Below are positions 37,996 through 51,950 of a DNA stretch of 64,000 bases, piece by piece. The notes under the pieces are model-generated. The model ran no database searches. It was not told the origin of the DNA and saw only the letters and a program-made list of their open reading frames with translations. Each line of letters starts with the position of its first letter. Position 1 is the first letter of the stretch. The translations under genes were made by a program, and so were the position numbers. Source of the DNA: Dictyostelium discoideum (lineage: Eukaryota); contig CM000151.3 in NCBI GenBank assembly GCA_000004695.1, forward strand, positions 4,000,001 through 4,064,000. Reading direction: 5' to 3'.

Positions 37996-39471
37996 ATGTT
38001 TAATACAAATACATCTAACATTTCAACAAATGTATATGGTTTATCACAAAAGACAAGAGCATTATCACATATTACAGCGGAAGCAGATGTAAACCGATTT
38101 TTAGTTGGAACAACAGCATTAAGAGAAGAGAATGAAATTGCATTATTAGAAGCAAAAGAAGGTGAAGGTGTTAGATGTTTATCAATATTTCCACACCCAA
38201 AAGAAATCCATTCAATAACGTCATGTCCATTTGATTCATCATTATTCTTTTCAGTATATAATACATCAGGTGGTGGTAATAATAATAGTAATAATACAAA
38301 TAACAATGATAATACAAATAACAATACAAATAATAATGATTTTAAATCATCATTATGGAGAATTAATGAATCTATGGATTCAATTGAAGAATTATTTGAA
38401 TTAAAAGGACACACAGGTATAATTAAACCAATCCTTTGTGATCCATCAGGTTCAAATAATTTCATTATCTCATTAGATGATTCAAACATTAGATTATGGT
38501 CAAAGATTGATGATCAAAATGAACCAACAGTTATTAAACAATTTGGTAATCTTTCAAAATTATCTGTTGGTTCAATTAATCCAAATATATCAAACCAATT
38601 AGCAACTGCAAATGATGTTAATATTAAAGGTTGGGATTTTAGAAATGCAAAGTATGTAAAAAATAAAAATAAAAAAAGTACACACACACACACACACCGT
38701 CATACTCAAATTATTTTCATTAATTTAATAATTTATTTTATTTTATTTTATTTTATTTTATTTTATTTTATTTTATTTTATTTTATTTTATTTTATTTTA
38801 TTTTTTATAGAGAAACATTTAGTATGGATAAAGCACATTCAGAACAAATTAGAGATATTGATTTTAATCCAAATAAACCATATTATTTATTATCAGCAGG
38901 TGATGATTGTAAATTAAAGATTTGGGATACTAGACAAACTAGAGATCCTGTTAAAATATTCTCTGGTCATAATCATTGGATTTGGTCTGCTAAATTTAAT
39001 AGATATCATGATCAATTAATCATTACTTCAAGTAGTGATAACACTGTAAAATTATGGAACCTTTATTCTTTATCTTCTGCTTTCAATAGTGAAAATAATA
39101 TTAGTAATAGTAATGAACAACAACACTCACAACAACCAAATGAACAACAACCACAACAACCACCACAACCAGTTAAACAAAAGAAAAAGTTTGTATTTAT
39201 TTATTTTCTAAAATCTATAAAAATTATTAATATTATTATTTTATTTTATTTTATTTTATTTTATTTTATTTTATTTTATTTTATTTTATTTTATTATTAC
39301 AGTAAAAGAAATGAAGATCAATTAATTAAAACTTATGAAGAACATGAAGATAGTGTTTATAATATATCATGGAGTTCAAGTAATTTCTTATTTGCATCTT
39401 TATCTTATGATGGTAGATTTGTTGTTAATAATGTACCAAAAGAATATTCCGATATTTTATCTTATATTTGA
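37996..39471 (+). CDS. EIPR1/TSSC1 orthologue (WD40, EARP/GARP-interacting protein), 3 exons: join(37996..38651, 38811..39188, 39303..39471); 400 aa.
   Basis: From memory, it matches human EIPR1: [27 protein letters not shown] ~ [55 protein letters not shown] ~ [65 protein letters not shown] ~ [38 protein letters not shown]. The introns are 159 and 114 nt; both are multiples of 3 and stop-free, which is why the ORF track shows one 491-aa ORF. They use GTATGT and GTTTGT donors and carry (ATTTT)n. Confidence 0.85.
   Translation: [491 protein letters not shown]
38716..38806. repeat. (ATTTT)~18 pentanucleotide repeat in intron 1 of the EIPR1 gene. A second (ATTTT)~14 run lies at 39222–39295 in intron 2.
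   Basis: Read directly from the sequence. Confidence 0.9.
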
Positions 39472-39592
39472 AAATAAAAAAAATAAAAATAAAAACCAAT
39501 ATAAATATAAATATAAATTATTTATTCATTTTTCTTTTATTATTTATTTATTTAATTTAATTTTAATTTTAATTATAATTTTAATTATTTAG

Positions 39593-41016
39593 TTAACCAG
39601 TGAATTTCTTTGGTCTATTTTTATTAGTAGTGGATTGTTGTTGTTTATTTATTGATTTATTTGTGAATTTTGAAGATCTATCATTGCCATATTTTAATTC
39701 ATTTTCTTTACGTTGTTTTAATTGTGCAGCCAATTTATTGAATTGATTTGGTTCATCTTGAGATAAATGTTTTTTAGTTTTAACTTTTTTAACTCTACCA
39801 AGATCAAAATGTTTATTATGTTCATCCTTTTCATGTTTAATTTCTTTTAATAACTCATCACCTAATAATTCCTTTCTAGCTTGTTTAAAATCACTACCAA
39901 TATCTTCAATATCCCAAGACCCAACTTTAAATGGTAAATGGCCATTTTCTGGATTAATTTTTGAATTTTCTAAATTTTGTTTTGAATTATTAATTGATTT
40001 TAATTTCCTTTTATCATCAGTTGTTGATTGTTGTGGTACTCTAATTTTTTCCCAATCTAATCCTTCTTCTTGTTGTTGTTTAGTTGTTGTTGTTTTATTT
40101 TCATTTTCTTGTTTTTGTTTTTCTAATTTTTCAGCATCCTTTTTATCCTTTTTAGATTGATTATGAATATTAATAATTGTTGAAGGTGTAGTTAATTTTG
40201 GTGATAAATTAGTTGATATTAAAGATGGTGAAATTCCACCATTATCAGATTCTGATGATGGACCTGATAATGATGATTCATCAGAATCTGAATAACTATC
40301 ATCATCTTCTTCATCATCATCACTAGTTTGATTCTTTAAAGTTTGTTTATCTATTATTTCATCATTTCCAAGTGAAATTGATTTCATCTTTGGTGATGGT
40401 GATGGTGATTGTGATTGTGATAATGATGTTGATTTTATTTGTGGTGATACTTTTTTTGTTGACTCAATCTTTGGTGAAGAAGTGACTGTATTATTATTAT
40501 TAATTGGTTTTGTTGTTGTTGTTGTTGTTGTTGTAGTAGTTGTAGTAGTTATATTAGTAATTTTTTGTTTCTTTATATTTTGTTTTTCATCAGCTGTTAT
40601 TTCTGGTGTTGTTGTTATTGTTGTTGTTGTTGTTGTTGGTGTTGTTATTTTTGAAGTTAATTTTTCATCATCTAATTTTCTTTTATTACCAATAGTATTT
40701 ATTGAAACTGTATTTGTATTAATTGATTGATCAATATTTCTTTTTGAATAAAATAACATATATGCTTTTTGTGATAAAACTGTATTTAAACTAACTTGTG
40801 ATACTGATGAATCATCCATATTATACCAAATACCATTTGAACCTTTAACATAACAATAATAATGACCTGATGATGTACTACCACCTAAATGTACTAATAC
40901 TGCATATAAATCATAAATTGAATGATTCTAAAAAAATAAAAAAAATAAAAAAAAAAAGGAATTTAATCCAACAAATACATAATAAATATATATATATAAT
41001 AAAATATTATTATTAT

Positions 41017-41054
<38 letters not shown>

Positions 41055-42522
41055 TATATAAATATTTATATTATAATTATTATTTATATATACAAACATT
41101 TGATTGAGTCATAAATGGTGAAAGATTTAAACTTTGATCAAATTGAATTTGTCTATTAATTTTACCACCATAAGAACCTAAGAAACTAAAACGTTTAATT
41201 TGACAAGTTAAAATTGGAGGAGCTATATGAATTTGTAAACGTTTTTGAGCTTTAACTAATTTTTTACATTTTGAACATTTATATTTATTTGAACCATCCA
41301 ATAGTTCAGATTTAACGAAATTTGTTAAACCTTTAGTTAGAGAATCTGCTTGATTAATATCAACACATAAATCCATGAATGGATCATATGTATTTGATTC
41401 ATATTGACATTGTGAACATTTAACTTGTGATCGTAAATAACCACCGAAAATACTACCAATAACAGTGGTCATTGCATCACGATGATTTATTGAGCCTTTT
41501 GGATACTTTGATAAACTAACCTTTTGCAATGACTCAATCATGAATCTAATAAATTCATGAGAATCTTCTTGACGACCAATTCTAAATGTTGGTGCTATTT
41601 TCCTAATATTTGAAGCAATCTCCTTTGGTGTGATACTCTTACCACCACATTTATGGCTTTGTAGAACCTGAGTTTCTAAACTACAAAATATACAAAACCC
41701 ACTAGCCTGACACTGTCTTGAGTGTTCACGTGACATCATGAAATTGGCCAATGGCACAGTGTATGTCAAGCATTGTAATACTGAATTCATGAAACATGTA
41801 TTACCAACATTATTTAAACCACTACCAATACGTTGAACTGATTTCCATTCCATGAGCTTGGACAATTGGTCAACACTAAATAAAACTTTTTTAGGTTTTG
41901 CTAAAATATTATCATCATCTTCCTCTTCCTCGCCTCCCTCTTTCTCTTTCTTTTTAGCTTCACTCTTTGCTTTTGCCAAATCTGCTAATTTCTTTGATGC
42001 ACTATCATTTAATTTATTAATTGGTTTATACTTATTTTTCAATTGATCATTTGAATCATCTTGAATCTCTGCTTCTTTAAATTTAATCATTCTATGAAAT
42101 AATGGTTTTGCTTCGTTTGAAATGGCTGAATTAACTTGTTTCTTTTTAATATTAAGTTTTTCAATCTCTTCTTTATTTTTAATTTTATCTTGTTTTTTTT
42201 TTAATTTATTATCTTGTTCATTATTATTATTATCTTGTTCATTTTCATCATCATCTTTATCTTTATTTTCTATTAAATTTTGTTTTTTATATAGAATATT
42301 TTGCATAGTTTCTCCAATTGTTTGTTGAGTTGATTGTTGTTGTTGTAGTTGTTGACTCTTTATTAATTTATTTTTTTGTTTTAATTTTTCAATTGGTGAT
42401 ATTGTATCACTGTTTGTTGTTGTTGCCATTTTCTTTTTAATTGGGGTTTTATTAATTTTTTTTAAAATATTACCATTTTCCAATGTGGATGTAGTAACAT
42501 TTGAACTTGTAATGATTGGCAT
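39593..42522 (-). CDS. Ubiquitin carboxyl-terminal hydrolase of the USP36/USP42 type, 2 exons: complement(join(39593..40927, 41098..42522)); 919 aa, with a long acidic/basic low-complexity C-terminal tail.
   Basis: ATG at 42522 with a stop 3 codons upstream. The Cys box is [37 protein letters not shown]…[17 protein letters not shown]…[28 protein letters not shown]…[32 protein letters not shown]. After a 170-nt intron (GTTTGT donor, tttttttag acceptor) the His box follows: [63 protein letters not shown]. From memory, it tracks human USP36 nearly residue for residue. Confidence 0.85.
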
Positions 42523-42620
42523 TTCTATTTATTTATTTTTTTTGTTTTTTGTTTTTTTATTTTTTATTTTTTATTTTATCTTCTTTTTTTAGTAATTAAT
42601 TATTATTTTTATTAATATTA

Positions 42621-42658
<38 letters not shown>

Positions 42659-43428
42659 CTATTATTATTATTATTATTGTTATTATTATTAAATAAAAAT
42701 TATTAAATGTAAAAAAAAAAAATTAATTATAACAATAAACAAATAATAATATATAGTACGTTTTTATTTTATTTTTTATTTTTTATTTTTTATTTTATTT
42801 ATTTTTTTTTATACGTTATAAAATAGTAATAATAATAATAATAATAATAGAAAAAAATAAAAATAAAAATAAACAAATAAAAAAGTTAACAAAAAAAAAA
42901 AAAAATTAAAAGGTTTATATTTTTTTTTTTTTTTTTTTTAAGTAATGAAAACAATCAACAAACAATAAAAATTCTGTTTTAAAACTAGCATAAAAATCGA
43001 AAAAAAAAAAATAAAAAAAAAATAAATAAAAAAATAGAAAAATAAAAAAACCGAAAAAAAAGTTCGCTATAACTTTTTTTTATTGATTAATTCCCAAGAA
43101 AAATAGTGTTGTGTGGGTTTAAAATTTTGGACTTTTAAAAATATATATATATAATTAATTTAAAAAAAAAAAAAAAATAAAAATAAAAATATAATATAAA
43201 TATATATAAACAAATAATCGATAACATTAAAAATAAAACTATTATCTTATCTTCTTAATTTATTGTTATCTTAAAAAAAATAAAAAAAAATAAATAAATA
43301 AAAGTTTATTTCTTTATAAAAGAACAAAGATATTTTTTATTTTAAAAAAAAAATCTTATCTTCTTAATTTTATTTTATTTATTATTTTTATATTTATTTT
43401 TGTTTATCAAAACCAATTTTATCCTTTA

Positions 43429-43464
<36 letters not shown>

Positions 43465-43574
43465 CCGTTTAAATAATTTGTGATTAAAATTATTTCCAAA
43501 AAGGAGATATTTTCGTGGGGACGGAAGGGGGTTGTTTTGTTGAAAATCTGTTTTTTGATTACCAAAATTTTGGC

Positions 43575-43627
<53 letters not shown>

Positions 43628-43723
43628 TTTCAAAAATTTTACAAAATTATCATTTTTCATATTCTTGTTCGTATATTACACATTATATATATATATATAT
43701 ATATATACCAACTAGTTATAAAG

Positions 43724-44426
43724 ATGAACAATACAACCACATCATCATCATCAACAACTGCAACATCTTCAACATCATTAGCACCAAATAATACATTAAA
43801 TAATGAAAATCCTATAGTATTTATGGATGTTGCAATTGTAAATCAACAAAACCCAGTACATTTAGGTAGAATAAAAATAGAATTATTTGCAGATATCGTA
43901 CCAAAAACAGCAGAGAATTTTAGACAATTTTGTACTGGTGAACATAGAGTTGCAGGTTTACCAATTGGGTATAAAGATTGTACATTTCATAAAATTTCTA
44001 AAGATTTCATGATTCAAGGTGGTGATTTCGTAAAAGTAAATACTATTATTATTATTATTATAATAAATAAATTAACTATTTATTAATATATTTTTATTAT
44101 TATTATTATTTTATTATTATTATTATTTATAGAGAGATGGGTCAGGTAGAACATCAATTTATGGTGAAAGATTTGCAGATGAAAATTTTAAAATTAAACA
44201 TTCAGGACCAGGTTTATTATCAATGGTAAATAGTGGACCAAATTCAAATGGTTGTCAATTTTTCATAACGTGTGTTGCTGCTGAATGGTTAGATGGTAAA
44301 AATGTAGTTTTTGGTAAAGTTATCGATGGTTTAAAAGTTGTTAGAACAATTGAAGATATACCTGTTAATCCACCACCAAATAGACCAAAATATGATGTAG
44401 TTATAACTGAATGTGGTCAATTATAA
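43724..44426 (+). CDS. Cyclophilin-type peptidyl-prolyl cis-trans isomerase with an S/T-rich N-terminal extension, 2 exons: join(43724..44035, 44133..44426); 201 aa.
   Basis: Cyclophilin signatures: [41 protein letters not shown]…[17 protein letters not shown] | [77 protein letters not shown] donor lies at 44036 and a ttatttatag acceptor at 44132 (97-nt intron); the spacing between GGDF and IYG equals that in CypA. Confidence 0.85.
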
Positions 44427-44789
44427 AAAAATAAAAAATTAAAAATTTTGTACAAAATAAAATAAAAAAGTTTTTTTTTTTTTTTTTTTATTTTAAAAAA
44501 AAGAAATCGAATCGATAAATCTATATATATTAATTTTTTTTATTAATTTTAATTAATGTAATTTGTCTTTTTTGACAGTACTATTACTATACCAACCAAG
44601 GAAGATATGATGAAGAATTGACATATATTTAATGATGAACTTTCTTCTTTTACCTTTACCAAAGAATTTCATATGAATTTGTTTTTCGGCAAATTCTAAA
44701 TGTTCTAAAATAACTGAATGATGTTTATTAACAGCAACAGTGGTAGTGGTTGTGGTGGTGGTAGTAGTGGTGGTGGTGGTGGTAGTGGT

Positions 44790-45943
44790 TCATGGTACAA
44801 CAACAACATTTGCACCATTAACTAGATTTTGATTTTGATTTTGAATTTGGTGTGGTTGCTGATGATGATTATGATGATGATTATGTTCATTATCTTTTTT
44901 TAATAAATTTGAAGGTAATAAACTCTCCAAAATACAAAAATAATGGAATAAAGTACCAGCGGATACGAAAAGATGCCAAACGGCATGATTGAAAGGAGCA
45001 GTTTCCCAAATTAAGAAACCAACACCACCAGTATATGTAATACCACCTGATACTAAAAGTTTTAACCCTTTTTGTGGTAAATTTTTAATTAAATCCTTTA
45101 ACCCAATCACTGATACCCATCCCATTAATAAATAAAAGCTATTCGATATGATATCTGGTACTCCGTTTGCACCCAATACTAATTTACTACCAACTCCAAG
45201 TACACACATTGCCCAAATTAAAACAAACATTGCCCATCCAATTTTAACTGCTTTTGCTATTGGTGTTTTTATTTTTTGTTGTTGTTGTTGTTGTCCCCCG
45301 TTAATCATTGGTTGATTGGAAGAACTACTACTATTGTTGTTGTTATGATTTAAATTATTATAAACTAAATTGATTAGGGTCAATGGTGTGTAGGTACCTG
45401 CTATTAACATATAAATTGCACAATGATCTAAATCCTTAAAGAAATTTCTATACTTTTGAAGATGAATTATATCAACAGAATGATATAAAGTCGAGCAAAA
45501 GTACATTGTCATCTAAATTTAATTAAATAATGAAAAAAAAAAAAAAAATCAAATATTAATAATTAAATTACACACCCCCCACTGACACACATAAAATAAA
45601 ATAAAAAAATAAATAAAAATAAAAATCTATCTAATTATCTTATTTATTTTTTTTTTTTTTTTTGTTCTGTTGTGTTTTTTTATTTTTTATTTTTTTTTAT
45701 TTTTTATTTTTTTTTACTTACAAGTGTGATACCATAAATTGTACAAGATACTACATGCCATTTTGAACCCTTCATTCTAGCTAATGATAATAAAAAAAAG
45801 ACAGCTGGTATACAAAGAAGTAAACCAATACCATGTGAAAGAGAATTTAAAACTTCTTCACTGTATGTTTGAACCTCTGGACCATCATTCAAAAACAATG
45901 CTGCTTCATTATTTTCTACTAGTATATCTGTTGAATTAATCAT
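44790..45943 (-). CDS. Hemolysin-III / PAQR (adiponectin-receptor) family 7-TM protein, 2 exons: complement(join(44790..45512, 45722..45943)); 314 aa.
   Basis: Family motifs: …LNSLSHGIGLLLCIP…GSKWHVVSCTIYGITL | MTMYFCSTLYHSV…LDHCAIYMLIAGTYTPL…NHAVWHLFVSAGTLFHYF. A GTAAGT donor lies at 45721 and an aaatttag acceptor at 45513 (209-nt intron, which contains a C-rich cacaccccccactgacacac element). Confidence 0.8.
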
Positions 45944-46007
45944 ATATACTTGATTTTTATTTATTTATTTTATATATAGATAAATATATAAAATATAATT
46001 TTCTTAT

Positions 46008-46085
46008 TTATTGTTGTTGTTGTTGTTTTTTTTTTAGTTGTTGTTGTTTGTTGTTGTTTGTTGTTTGTTGTTGTTTGTTGTTATT
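46008..46085. repeat. (TTG)n/(TTGTTTG)n microsatellite in an intergenic region.
   Basis: ttgttgttgttgttg…gttgttgtttgttgttgtttgttgtttgttgttgtttgttg is read directly. Confidence 0.8.
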
Positions 46086-47655
46086 TTATTTGTTTGTTTT
46101 ATTTGTTTTCTCTATATGTTATTTTTAATTTAAAATTAAAAAAAAATAATAAAAAAGGTTGATCAAAAAGAAAAAGAAAAAAAATTTAAAAATTGAAAAA
46201 ATAAAAGTTAATAAAAAAAAAAAAAAAAATCGTTATTTGTATAAATCAATATTACAAGTAAAATTTTTTTTTATTTTTTTTATTTTTTTTTTTTTTTTAT
46301 TTATATAATTTATTAAAAAAGGGTGCAGAGTGTACAAACAAAAAAAAAAATTAAAAAAATATGAAAAAAAAAAATTTTATTAACCCAGTACAAAAAAAAA
46401 AAATGGGAAAATTGTTTTTTTTTCTTTTGTTAAAATATTTAATAAAAAAGTTGTGGGTGATAATATCACGTGTGTTTAGAAAAAAAGATATTTTTTAATA
46501 CGGGAAAATAGTTTTTCTTTTTTTTTTTTAAAAATTTTATTTTAATTAATTTTTTTTTTTTTTTTAAGTATTCTACACCAAAAAAAAATTCGATTTCCCA
46601 AATATTTTTTATTTTTTTAACTTTTTTTTTTTAATTTTTTAACTTTTTTTTTTTTTTAACTTTTTTTTTTTTTTTTTTTTTTAACTTTTTTTCTTTTTTT
46701 TTTTTTTCTTTTTTAAATTTTTTTTTAATTTTTTTAATAAATAATAAATAAAAAATATAATTGATTAAGTTTTGTTTTTTTTTTAAAAAAAAAATTATTT
46801 ATGTTTTTTTTTAAAAAAAAAATTATTTATGTTTTTTTTTTTTTTTTAAAAAAAAAATAAAATTAAAAAAAAAAAAAAGACTTTCTGGTGTTGTCCAAAT
46901 ACTTCATATTTCTGTATATCTTGCTTTCATTTATTTTTGGCAGTTTTTCGATAAAAATGGAAAAACTATTATTTTATTGTCTTTTTTTTTTTTCCTTTTT
47001 TATTTTTTCTTTTTTTATTTTTTTTTTTTTTTTTACTTTTTTATTTTTTTTTTTTTACTTTTTTATTTTTTTTTTTTTTCCTTTTTTTATTATTTTTTTT
47101 ATTTTTATTTTTTTTTTGTTTTATTTGTTTTAAACAATCAAATAATTTTTTCTTATAAATAAAAACAAATAAAATTATTATCAATAATTCATTTGATTAT
47201 CTAAAAAAGGATTTATTCATATATTTAATTTTACAATATCAACTCTCAAAAAAATTAAATAAATATTAATAAATCATTTTTTATATATTCAATTAAATAA
47301 ATAGTATAAAAATAAAAATTATATTTAATACTTTTTTCTTGTTTGAATAAAAATCAACAACCATTAAAATTTGGTACTGATTCAACCAAATATTACTACA
47401 TGGTGAGTTTAAGAATGAAATTGAAAACCTTATCTTATGAAATGATTTTAACCAGCCAACTTGGTGTTTTAGGTCATATATTACCTCAATTGTCAATTTC
47501 CAGAAATTATACAACAATTATTGATAATTCATTTTCGAAAGTATCAATTTTTAGAAAGTAACACTTTTTAATAACACAATAAATCTCTATTGATTTATTA
47601 AATTAAAATAAAAAATAAAAATAAATAAAAAGATTTATATTAATTTTTTTTTTTT

Positions 47656-47690
47656 GATGGCTGGATAAAGATCAACAACCACTAAAAATA
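47656..47690 (-). other. Conserved actin 3'-UTR block TGGATAAAGATCAACAACCAxTAAA (copy A). The other copies lie at 51950–51988 (B), 54902–54936 (C, rc) and 57150–57178 (D, rc); a partial extra copy lies at 47345–47368.
   Basis: An identical ~25-nt core lies 40–110 nt downstream of each actin stop codon. It is a candidate polyadenylation or mRNA-stability element. Confidence 0.5.
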
Positions 47691-47768
47691 AGATTATATT
47701 TTATTATTATTATACATTTAAATATATTTGTTTGTGTGAGAAGCACTTTCATCACTAGTTTTAATTGT

Positions 47769-48905
<1,137 letters not shown>

Positions 48906-48984
48906 TTATATTTATTTATTTGATTATTTTTTGAATTGATTAAAAAAAAAAAAAAAAATTTCATTTTTATAATTTCAGAAACCT

Positions 48985-49026
<42 letters not shown>

Positions 49027-49027
<1 letters not shown>

Positions 49028-49104
49028 AAAATAAAATCCCATTTTTAAGGCGTGTGACACCCATGGTTTGAAAATTTCAATCAAATTCAAATAACTTTAC
49101 TACT
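49027..49104 (-). promoter_or_regulatory. Conserved actin upstream element (AGTAAAGTTATTTGAA[A/T]TTGATTGAAATTTTCAAACCATGGGTG…GGGATTTTATTTTTATTTT), copy A, ~130–200 bp 5' of the ATG.
   Basis: The same ~75-nt block lies upstream of all four actin copies: 49027–49104 (rc), 53308–53391 (rc, with an internal ~20-nt duplication), 53491–53565 and 55717–55790. Confidence 0.6.
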
Positions 49105-49392
49105 AAAAAAAAAAAACCCACTTTTTATTTAAAAATTTCTTTTTTAATTAGGCAAAAGAATATCAATTCCTTGTTTATTATTTGAATTTTAGGAAAAAAA
49201 AAAAAAAAAAAAAATAATATTATTTTTTTATCAATATCTATTTTTTTATATAAACATATTATTCCTCAAAATAAAAAACAACCATACAAAAAAAATATAT
49301 ATATATTTTTTTTTTTTTCAAAGTGTTAATATGAATGAACTATTTATAGATTATTAAAATATACATAAATATTTTTTTAATTTTTTTAAATA

Positions 49393-49423
<31 letters not shown>

Positions 49424-49950
49424 TTAAAATTAATTAAACTTTATGGTTTTTCTAGATTTTGATATAAAACCCGAACGACAGTGTGTTTTTACATTTTTTT
49501 TATTTTTTATTTTATTTTTTTTTTTAATTTTATTATTTCGTGCAACTCTGAAAAAATAAAAACGACAAGTTTTTATAAAATATCTTTTTTTTGATAGGCA
49601 GTGAAAAAGTTTTTAATCGATTATTTTCAAAGGATTGGACAGTTTTTCTTTTAAATGGGGCAAATCTGTAAATTTCAGGGTATATATAATCAGATTATTA
49701 AGATTATTTTACTTTTTAGTTTTGAATAATTTTTTAAAAAATAAACCACCAAAAATTCCAAATTTCAAAGTACACCAGTTTTTTTTATTTTTTTTATTCT
49801 TTATTCTTTTTTTTTTCTTTTTTATTTTTTTATTTTTATTTTCCGGAACACGAATCAGAATAAAGAAAAATAAAAAAAAAAGAATAAATAATTAATATTA
49901 ACATAGATTTTTTTTTTTTTTTTAATAAATAAATAAATAATAAAAAAAAA

Positions 49951-51858
49951 ATGAAATTTAAATTAATTATTTTTATAATAATAATTTATATTATTAAAAT
50001 TTTAAAAAGTGAAATATTAAATGAATTTGGTTATGGATTAGTAGATGAAAATTTAAAATGTTTATCTTTTATTGGAGATTCAAATAATCAACAATTATGT
50101 AATAATAAATTAATAAATAAACAATTAATATATAGTACAATTAATAAATCAAATCAAATTCAAAGTTTAAAAATGGTTGAACAATCATTTAAACAATTAA
50201 CATTTTTACAAGGAAAATGTTTAAATTTAAATTTTGCTCAATTTGGAATTTGTGATATTTATTTCCCATCGTGTGTTGAAACAAGTTTTGGAATTTCTTT
50301 ACCAAAGAGATTATGTAAATCAGTTTGTAAACAAATTGTTACCGATTGTCCAACACTTGGAGTATCATTAAATTGTTCAGATTCAAATAAATTTCCAACA
50401 ATTGGTACTCTTTACAATTTAACAAAATATGGATATACTGAAAATAATGGATTTTATCAAGTAGAATGTTCAAATCCAACAAATTATTATTATAATGAAA
50501 TAAATTCAACAAATAATCAATTTATTGAAATTTGTCCAAGCCCATTAGTTTTAAGAAATCAGTCTGATTCAAAATATGGAGAAGATAAAGGTTATACATA
50601 TTTATCACCAACAAATTGTGTACTTGGTTGTCCTCAACCATTTTTTAAAAATAATAAATGGGTACAAATGTATAAAATGTCAATAGTTTTATCAACATTA
50701 AGTTTTATTTGTAGTATTTATAATATTATAACATTTGGTTTACTTTCAAAATTAAAAAGTAAATATAATTTATGTATTACCTTTTTTTCAGTGTCAACTG
50801 TTTTAATGAGTTTAATGGATATTGTAACATATGGTATTGGTTATGAAGAATTATTATGTCCTGAATCAGGTAGATATGCCATTCAATCTGATGTTGCATG
50901 TGGAGTTACAGGTGCTTTCTTTCATATTGGTATTACAACTGGTGTTCTATGGTGGACAACAATGTCAATTTGTTTATACTCTGAAGTTAAAAGATTTAAA
51001 ATGATTAGTTTTAGATATATCATAATTTTCAACTCTGTAATTAGTTTAATACTTTTAATAATACCTTTATCTGGACAAGCTTTTATGAGTGGTAATGGAT
51101 CATTGGGATGCTGGATTAGAAAAACTTGGTATGCAAATGGTACTTTCTGGATTCCTTGTGGTATTTCATTATTTATTGGTGCAATTTGTATTGTTTTAGT
51201 AATTTATGAAATTTTTAAAATTTCAAGAAACCTTTCAAAAGATAACAAACCATTAATGTTTCAAATTAGACCATTCCTTTGTGTATTGTTAGTTGGTGGT
51301 TCATTTTTATATTTATTCATTTTTTATTTTAATAATGAAAGAAATCTTGATAAATATAAAGCTGCAATTCCAAGTTATGTTCAATGTTTATTATCATCCG
51401 ATGAAAATGGTGAAGATTGTTTAACTGATGGCCCTGGATTTGGAGCTTATTTTACCTTTTATTTCTTTACTAGATTATTTGGTATCACTTCTTTTTCTAT
51501 TTATGGTACTTCAAAAATTGCAAGAGATATCTGGTTTGAATCAGCTTATAATCATCCATTCTTTAATCCTTATATTGTTAAATGTTTATCTTTACTTGGT
51601 ATTAGTAAACATTTCAGTTCAAATAGTATTAGTGGTTCAAACCAAAAAAGATTTAATCGTAATGGAAGTAATTTCAATATGAAACAAAATAAATCAAATC
51701 CTAATGATTCAATTTCCCTATCAGTGGTTGAATCAACGAAAAAACAAGATACTGAAAATGAATTAGAAAGTAACATAGAAACAAAAGAAAATCGTAGTAC
51801 TGATATTAGTATTGAAAATACTACTTCCTCAAAAGATTCAAATACTAATAGTTTTTAA
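49951..51858 (+). CDS. Frizzled/smoothened-like (fsl family) receptor: signal peptide, Frizzled-type cysteine-rich domain, 7 TM helices, S/N-rich C-terminal tail; 635 aa.
   Basis: Signal/TM start MKFKLIIFIIIIYIIKILKS. The CRD Cys pattern is C-x7-C…CLNLNFAQFGICDIYFPSCV…LPKRLCKSVCKQIVTDCPTLGVSLNC. At least 7 hydrophobic segments are present (MSIVLSTLSFICSIYNIITFGLL; ITFFSVSTVLMSLMDIVTYGI; GVLWWTTMSICLY; IIIFNSVISLILLIIPL; FWIPCGISLFIGAICIVLVIY; FLCVLLVGGSFLYLFIFYF; YFTFYFFTRLFGITSFSIYG). Single exon. Confidence 0.75.
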   Translation: MKFKLIIFIIIIYIIKILKSEILNEFGYGLVDENLKCLSFIGDSNNQQLCNNKLINKQLIYSTINKSNQIQSLKMVEQSFKQLTFLQGKCLNLNFAQFGICDIYFPSCVETSFGISLPKRLCKSVCKQIVTDCPTLGVSLNCSDSNKFPTIGTLYNLTKYGYTENNGFYQVECSNPTNYYYNEINSTNNQFIEICPSPLVLRNQSDSKYGEDKGYTYLSPTNCVLGCPQPFFKNNKWVQMYKMSIVLSTLSFICSIYNIITFGLLSKLKSKYNLCITFFSVSTVLMSLMDIVTYGIGYEELLCPESGRYAIQSDVACGVTGAFFHIGITTGVLWWTTMSICLYSEVKRFKMISFRYIIIFNSVISLILLIIPLSGQAFMSGNGSLGCWIRKTWYANGTFWIPCGISLFIGAICIVLVIYEIFKISRNLSKDNKPLMFQIRPFLCVLLVGGSFLYLFIFYFNNERNLDKYKAAIPSYVQCLLSSDENGEDCLTDGPGFGAYFTFYFFTRLFGITSFSIYGTSKIARDIWFESAYNHPFFNPYIVKCLSLLGISKHFSSNSISGSNQKRFNRNGSNFNMKQNKSNPNDSISLSVVESTKKQDTENELESNIETKENRSTDISIENTTSSKDSNTNSF

Positions 51859-51892
51859 AAATATTTTAAATAAAATTGTATATATTGTATAG

Positions 51893-51950
<58 letters not shown>

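Noticed and set aside
37971-38489. 172-aa minus-strand ORF overlapping EIPR1 exon 1.
   Set aside because: It is antisense to a well-supported WD40 gene, and its low-complexity tail derives from the complement of an N-rich tract.
45561-45600. C-rich element cacaccccccactgacacac as a separate feature.
   Set aside because: It lies inside the well-supported 209-nt intron of the PAQR gene. It may be an intronic enhancer, but there is no further evidence.
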